A DNA stretch of 63,971 bases, filler included, from an uncultured Methanosarcinales archaeon (GTDB taxonomy: Archaea > Nanobdellota > Nanobdellia > Woesearchaeales > CAZKBD01): assembly GCA_964550945.1 (NCBI GenBank). It is 5 parts of 5 records of this genome, joined end to end, with 100 filler letters (N's around TTAATTAATTAA, not from the genome) between each part and the next. Parts side by side here need not be neighbours in the genome. Positions count along the whole stretch, not along the records: positions 47,218 to 62,213 come from CAZKBD010000041.1; positions 62,314 to 63,971 come from CAZKBD010000172.1; 3 more parts are not named here. One strand, written 5' to 3'. A program made the position numbers and the translations under genes. The notes beneath the pieces were generated by a model. The model did not search any database, was not told the origin of the DNA, and worked only from the letters and a program-made list of their open reading frames with translations. This document shows, one piece after another, positions 59,401 through 63,971 of the stretch. Position 1 is the stretch's first letter. Each line of letters starts with the position of its first letter.

Positions 59401-61125
59401 AACATAACTAACACAAGAACGTCAATAGATAATAACATAACTAAAGCAAGAGCAGAAATAAGCAGTAACGCAACTGACATTAGAAGCTCTGTCAATCTAA
59501 ACTGGACTAACCTTAAAGCCAATGACACTCAACTGCGGACAAACATCTCAAACCTAAACACAACATTAGGAAAGAAAGTGAATAGAGGAGAAACTGGATA
59601 TACTTCAGCATGGGTCTCAGGCAATAATATTTTACATAACGCTTCTATAAATACAAAAGTAGGAATTGGCACAATTAACCCATTAGTAAAACTCCATATT
59701 CAAGGCAATGGCTCTTTGTTGAACATAACTAACGGCTCTAATTCATTCTTGTTTGTTAATTCTTCTGGATTTGTTGGGATTGGAACATCAATACCGACTA
59801 ATCAGCTAGAGATATCTGATGATTTGGGAATAATTGACCATAGGGGGCTTACAGTTTCAGAACATATTGGGGGGATAGCAGCAGCGGTAATCACATTAGA
59901 AAAAAGCAGGGGGACAAAAAATACCCCCACAATAGTAAATGATGCAGACCATATAGGGGTTATATTTGGACAAGGATACGATGGCTCTGAATACTTTCAT
60001 GGCGCTAATATTGGATTTAAGGTGAATGGCGTTCCCTCAGCAGGTTATGTCCCTATAGATATTATTTTTTCAACAAAGGCAACTGAGTCAGGAGCTGATG
60101 GTGTAGCAACTGGCGAAAGGATGAGAATAACTTCAGTAGGAAAGGTAGGAATAGGAACAGCATCTCCTGCATCTAACCTTCATGTGTATAATACTACAAA
60201 AGAAGTAAAAGTATTAGTGGATGCAGGAGATGGCATAAGTAATTCATCGATAACCCTTACTGCAATAGGTTCACCTCATGTTTATGGAGCTAAAATAACA
60301 TTTGACCCAGTTAATGGAAACACTTACTTTGATTCATTATTTAGTGGTACTGGCAGCGATATTTACTTCAGGACAAAGACATTAGGAACTCCTGCTGTAG
60401 AAGCGTTATTTATAGAGTCAGCAGGAGCTGTGAGTATAGGAGAAGGCGGATTGTGTGTAGGAACAGGAGGATGCACAGCGCCAACAACAGATGGGAGACT
60501 GCTTGTTGAGGGAAGCATCACTACAGGTACAACATCTGACCAAGCATATAACCACTTCGGAGCAGGCACTAAAGACAACGCAAATGTTGCTGATAGCAAT
60601 GATGTTTATATTTCAGATGACTTGGAGGTTGATGGAACAGTCTATATACCATCAACAGGAGGAACAGCAGGAGCATATTGGACTGTTGGAGATATTGCAG
60701 AAAACATAGACACTATAGAGTCCAGAGACAACCAATTCTGTAACGGAGATGTTTCCTGCTTAAAGAATGCAACAAATGATGACATTGACTTTGGAGATGT
60801 TGTTTGTATTAATCCAGAAAGTGATAAGGTAATAAAGAAATGTGATGAGCCAAATTCAAGATTAGTAGCTGGAGTAATCTCAGATACTGCTGTTTTATTT
60901 GTAGGGCCAATGGACGGCTATCCAGTCTCGTTAGCTGGATTAGTAAATGCCTATGTTACCAATGAAAATGGAGATATTATGCCAGGAGATTTGCTTGTAA
61001 CTTCCTCAAAGCCAGGCTATGCAATGAAAAACAATGAGCCAAAAGACGGCACAGTAATAGGCAAGGCATTTGACTTCTGTACAGAAGATGAGTGCAGGAT
61101 ACCTATAATTGTGGCTTTGAGTTAA
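56422..61125 (+). CDS. Secreted tail-fibre/adhesin-like repeat protein (1567 aa)
   Basis: Signal peptide, ISYQGKL, many VGIGT..P repeats, N-x-T/S-rich coiled segments, C-terminal GDIAE..AGVIS..PGDLLVTSS..GTVIGKA domain. Confidence 0.8.
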   Translation: MILAKKMMYLFIFAALASLVAAATVPTYISYQGKLANQSTGNAITPASIRINITDLNNFGSVVWNSTFNDIVDSQGVFNLILGKNYTLNLTAGKDYQLVALIDYGSTSFVNADVIFGDDQPLGDEIIVNAGGPSDATELVMSDNVSSVEAVFRNYTLRTGDVMNGSYNITGYVNISKDLVIGGYKINMSPFGEINATTFRGAFIGDGLGLTGVGGASPWTIGDGMLYNSTGRIGIGTTVPLVKLHIQGNGSLLNITNGTDTFLFVNSSGFVGIGISTPGHSLVVNNKVNISSAGDVNATKFYGDGTGLTGILTSAALNEINIGLTQNITDTRASIVNNITSISTILRTDITSNITAVRAEIVTNHTDLVSRMQLNWTYITNNISLAWINLTAFNTSLGLKLDRAELGAYATTAMIDDNATKLRSEISSNATDIRSSINLNRTNLLTNISSLNTTLGLKADRGESSTDGSKIANGTDANLKILNISVIRGNTTILINATEGAGNITALGFVGNIDCANVKGTADNVCADADTIFSDADLVQADIGNKTELRGNIDTNATDIRSSINLNRTNLLTNISSLNTTLGLKADRGESSTDGSKIANGTDASLKNLNVTLLNVTNNTILLGNLSVDTNVLYVDADNNNVGIGTSTPSGKLEISGGNDILTINADNTIGKVWQSFTAGGSTYGRFIVNPQGVEYSGNDAFSNPSFFFMNSSVAIGTRSADFRLDVNGTASFNETMFIQSGIVNISGNLIINNYKVNISSSGDVNATKFYGDGTGITGITATDGSKIANNTDATLNSLNVTNSMAVNSNTLYVDSATNRVGIRTSSPDFNLEIVNDGAAGSIYMTGYRPTAGNGAFIGVRSARGTEAAPTALALGDTAGTFSAQAYNGSDWQGVGRLRWHLDSNTSGLYGSTIEFMNRNGAGAEAAQMVLNENGSLGIGTESPSEDLTIGANKVNISSNGDVNATKFYGDGSELTGILTSTALNEINLGLTQNITNTRTSIDNNITKARAEISSNATDIRSSVNLNWTNLKANDTQLRTNISNLNTTLGKKVNRGETGYTSAWVSGNNILHNASINTKVGIGTINPLVKLHIQGNGSLLNITNGSNSFLFVNSSGFVGIGTSIPTNQLEISDDLGIIDHRGLTVSEHIGGIAAAVITLEKSRGTKNTPTIVNDADHIGVIFGQGYDGSEYFHGANIGFKVNGVPSAGYVPIDIIFSTKATESGADGVATGERMRITSVGKVGIGTASPASNLHVYNTTKEVKVLVDAGDGISNSSITLTAIGSPHVYGAKITFDPVNGNTYFDSLFSGTGSDIYFRTKTLGTPAVEALFIESAGAVSIGEGGLCVGTGGCTAPTTDGRLLVEGSITTGTTSDQAYNHFGAGTKDNANVADSNDVYISDDLEVDGTVYIPSTGGTAGAYWTVGDIAENIDTIESRDNQFCNGDVSCLKNATNDDIDFGDVVCINPESDKVIKKCDEPNSRLVAGVISDTAVLFVGPMDGYPVSLAGLVNAYVTNENGDIMPGDLLVTSSKPGYAMKNNEPKDGTVIGKAFDFCTEDECRIPIIVALS
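57706..58217 (+). repeat. 131-bp intragenic direct repeat (57706-57836 and 58087-58217)
   Basis: One mismatch between copies; in frame. Confidence 0.85.
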
Positions 61126-61127
61126 AC

Positions 61128-62213
61128 TTAATTCTGTAAAAGCCATTTCCACAGTGGAATGAATTTAATTTTTTTGCCTTTTACTAGTTCTTCCTTCTCA
61201 TAGCGTTCAGTGATAATCAGCCCATTGTTTAACTTAAATTCTTTCATCCCATTAATAAGGCTGTTTACTTCTCTATTTTTTGTTATTTCATTCTCTACAT
61301 CCCAACAAACTTGAATTAAGCTGTCAACTTTTACTCCATCCTTTATAATAAAGTCTACCTCTCCTTCCCTATTTTGCCAATAAAATATCTTAACAAGAGG
61401 GTTTGCAGAATTTCTTCGTTTAAGCTCTATAAATACCATATTCTCAATTAGCCTTCCATAATCCTGTGAAAATCTAAATCCTTTTACATTTCTTATCCCA
61501 GTATCAACACAATATACTTTCTTAGGGTTTATCTCTTGTTTTTTTACAGAAAATGCTAGTAATGATATATTAAACATAAGAAAAGCCTCTTGCAAATATT
61601 TTGTGTATTCTCCAACACTATCTGTTGACAAGGATATTTGTTTGCCGACTTTTGTAAAATTTATAAGATTTGATATATTTTGGAGAAAATAGTCTATCAT
61701 ACTCTCCATTTTTTTAGTATTTCTTATTTCTCTTCTTTTGATTATATCCCTATAAACTATTGTGTCATAATAAAATTGAAGAAGTTGTTTTTTTCTTTCA
61801 TGATCCTTCTCAAGAACAACTTCAGGAAAACCGCCAAACTCAGCATATTCTAAAAGGTAATGTTTTATTTCATGTGACTTTGAGAGGATTGTAACTTTAT
61901 CTTTCATAACATTTGGTTTAAGGGATAATGATTCTTTAAAGCTCATAGGGTACAAATCAAAATATGCAATTCTGCCAGCCAATTTGTACGATAAGTCTTC
62001 TTTAGACAAAGAGAAATTGGATCCAGAGATAAAAAATTTAATGTCTTTTTCTAGGTCATATATCCTTTTTAATGCGCTTTCCCATCCACCAGTTTCTTGT
62101 ACTTCATCAATGAAAATAAAAATTTTCCCTTTAGGATTTATCAATTCTTTATATTTTTCTATTGATTTGGAGATTAAATCTTTTTTTTCAACTCTATCGT
62201 CATCCCCCTTTAT
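61128..62213 (-). CDS. AAA+ ATPase, AAA_14/DUF4143 family, 5'-truncated
   Basis: FIDEVQ, SGS, LAGR, GGFPE, EVDF, LWKWLL end like 324..1577. Confidence 0.88.
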   Translation of the reverse strand: MKGDDDRVEKKDLISKSIEKYKELINPKGKIFIFIDEVQETGGWESALKRIYDLEKDIKFFISGSNFSLSKEDLSYKLAGRIAYFDLYPMSFKESLSLKPNVMKDKVTILSKSHEIKHYLLEYAEFGGFPEVVLEKDHERKKQLLQFYYDTIVYRDIIKRREIRNTKKMESMIDYFLQNISNLINFTKVGKQISLSTDSVGEYTKYLQEAFLMFNISLLAFSVKKQEINPKKVYCVDTGIRNVKGFRFSQDYGRLIENMVFIELKRRNSANPLVKIFYWQNREGEVDFIIKDGVKVDSLIQVCWDVENEITKNREVNSLINGMKEFKLNNGLIITERYEKEELVKGKKIKFIPLWKWLLQN

Positions 62214-62313
62214 NNNNNNNNNNNNNNNNNNNNNNNNNNNNNNNNNNNNNNNNNNNNTTAATTAATTAANNNNNNNNNNNNNNNNNNNNNNNNNNNNNNN
62301 NNNNNNNNNNNNN
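62214..62313. other. Artificial contig spacer
   Basis: N44-TTAATTAATTAA-N44. Confidence 0.98.
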
Positions 62314-63971
62314 AATCATTTTAATCCAGAATCCAATTGTTTCGTTTATTTTATCATTGTCATTTAATTCAATCCATTTTTCATTATATGTAAATATTTT
62401 TGAATAATTTCCTTCAATTGATTTCAATGGTTCTGGTAAGGTCCAATTGTCTAATTCTAAAGGTATTGAAATTAAGTTCCAACCCTCAAATAAACTAATG
62501 TTAAATAATTCGTAGTCAGGTTCTGGTTCTATTTGTATTGTTAAATTGTTTGAGCACTTTTCCTGACCATCTAGTACGCCATCATTTGGCGTTACGCAGG
62601 CTTTCCAGATCTCTCCTAAGTTTGATTCTTGGCTTACTGTTATATTGTATTTTCCTTCAGAGAGTGCTTTTATTTGCTCTGAGGAAATCGAGTATTTGTA
62701 GAGCATGATATCATCTAGATAGCCACGATAATACCTTGTCTGATAGTTTTGCCTGCCCGCCCATAATTCATTAGCTGCATCATTGATTATATTGGAAGCA
62801 GTTGCTGTGGCAACTTGAATACCATTTCTAAACAGACTAAAGTTTGCTCCTTGTCTTCTTACTGCATAATGGGTCCAAATATTTACAGGATACACGCCTG
62901 TGTCTGGTAGAGTAAGGAATGGATTATTACTCCCGCTTCTATATGCTAAGAATTGGACAATATTGCTAGATATTTGTAAAACCCAGCCAGCTCTATTACC
63001 ATCTTTTTGGATTAAGGCAGAGGTTGAACCAGAGGAAGGCGCTTTCATCCAAATAGCAATTGTGAAGTTATTTCCACCAAACTCAAAATCAGTCTTGTCT
63101 CCAAAGTTTATGTAATCATCAGTACCATCAAAATAGAATGTTCCGAAACCATATCTACCAAGCGTTGGATACCAATATGGGTAACCCCTCAATGTACCGT
63201 TATTTCCATATCCAGAGTAATCAGTGGAGCGATTAGCTTCCAAAGGAACATTCAGGACAGTCCTTGATGTATTATTCCTATACCAGTTGATTATTCCTTT
63301 TATGGTGTCATTCTCTGGATCAGAAGCTGCATAGTTAACAGTAAGATTACCGTTGTCTGGGTTAGAGGCATCATTGTTACTTAAGATAATGGTATTAACA
63401 ACTGGCGGCCTATTTGGTGTGACATTGAGAACTGTTATTGTAATTATTTCTTCATCCCAAAGTTCCCCATCTGTTACATTGAACTTAACCGAATAGATGC
63501 CCTCATCATTTAAAGTAGGTGTCCAAGTAAATACTCCTGTTCCAGAATTGAAGCTTCCAAAAGAGGCGTTTGTGTAAAATGTTAAAGTATCATTATCTAA
63601 GTCAGTAGCATCTACGTCTATAATTAAGGTTTTTGTTTCATTCACTACTTTATCGCCAATTGGATTTAAAACAGGTGGATAATTTGATAATTCAATTATA
63701 GTTAAATCATTACTGCAAACTTCAATTCCTTCCCCCATACCATTATTTGGAGTAACACATGCCTTCCATATATCGCTTGCATTTGTTTCTTGATTGACTA
63801 TCAAATCAGTTCTATTTTGGTACAAAGATTGGATCTGTTGCAGAGAAAGAACATTATTAAAAATGTTGATTTGATCCAAGTCACCACGGAAAAGAACAGG
63901 AGAGCTTCCTGCAAATCTATTTGAACGGCCAAGATACAAATTAGCAGTGCCTCCAGTATATAGACTCGTGA
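62314..63971 (-). CDS. LamG/Ig-like domain surface protein, truncated both ends
   Basis: DYSGYGNNGT, FDGTDDY, FTIAIW, WTHYA, G.LDDI (LamG); NYPPVLNPIG..FTWTP (Ig/cadherin-like); GWNLISIP. Confidence 0.85.

Noticed and set aside
10799..63115. Numerous antisense ORFs of 60-270 aa in the track
   Set aside because: Shadows of well-supported genes on the opposite strand

Overview
AT-rich archaeal draft genome, most likely a DPANN/Woesearchaeota-type MAG (inferred from eRF1, Dph5, Hef, TrmI, archaeal PheRS, BHB-intron tRNAs and DUF4143 ATPases). The window is five unrelated contig pieces joined by artificial 100-nt spacers (N44-TTAATTAATTAA-N44 at 16735, 31965, 47118, 62214), so gene neighbourhoods hold only within a piece. 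Piece 1 has three dispersed copies of a ~30-aa hydrophobic peptide gene, three paralogous acidic secreted proteins with a long structured leader, a toxin-antitoxin cluster around a three-intron tRNA-Arg(GCG), lig, a nitroreductase, ftsZ, corA and dph5. Piece 2 has housekeeping genes (DRG GTPase, scpB, eRF1, htpX, hef), then a candidate RiPP locus next to a complete IS630. That locus is a radical SAM/SPASM maturase, an aromatic-repeat precursor with a GG site, a decayed second precursor and a kinase-C39 peptidase fusion. Piece 3 has a LAGLIDADG gene overlapping tRNA-Arg(TCT), trmI, a Bro-N gene, a tandem RidA-fold gene, pheST and an almost complete archaeal-type shikimate/Phe/Tyr operon. Pieces 4-5 hold giant surface proteins and ATPases. 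The best candidate for an undescribed system is the archaeal rSAM RiPP cluster at 27839-30906. All annotations come from motif reading; no database search was run.
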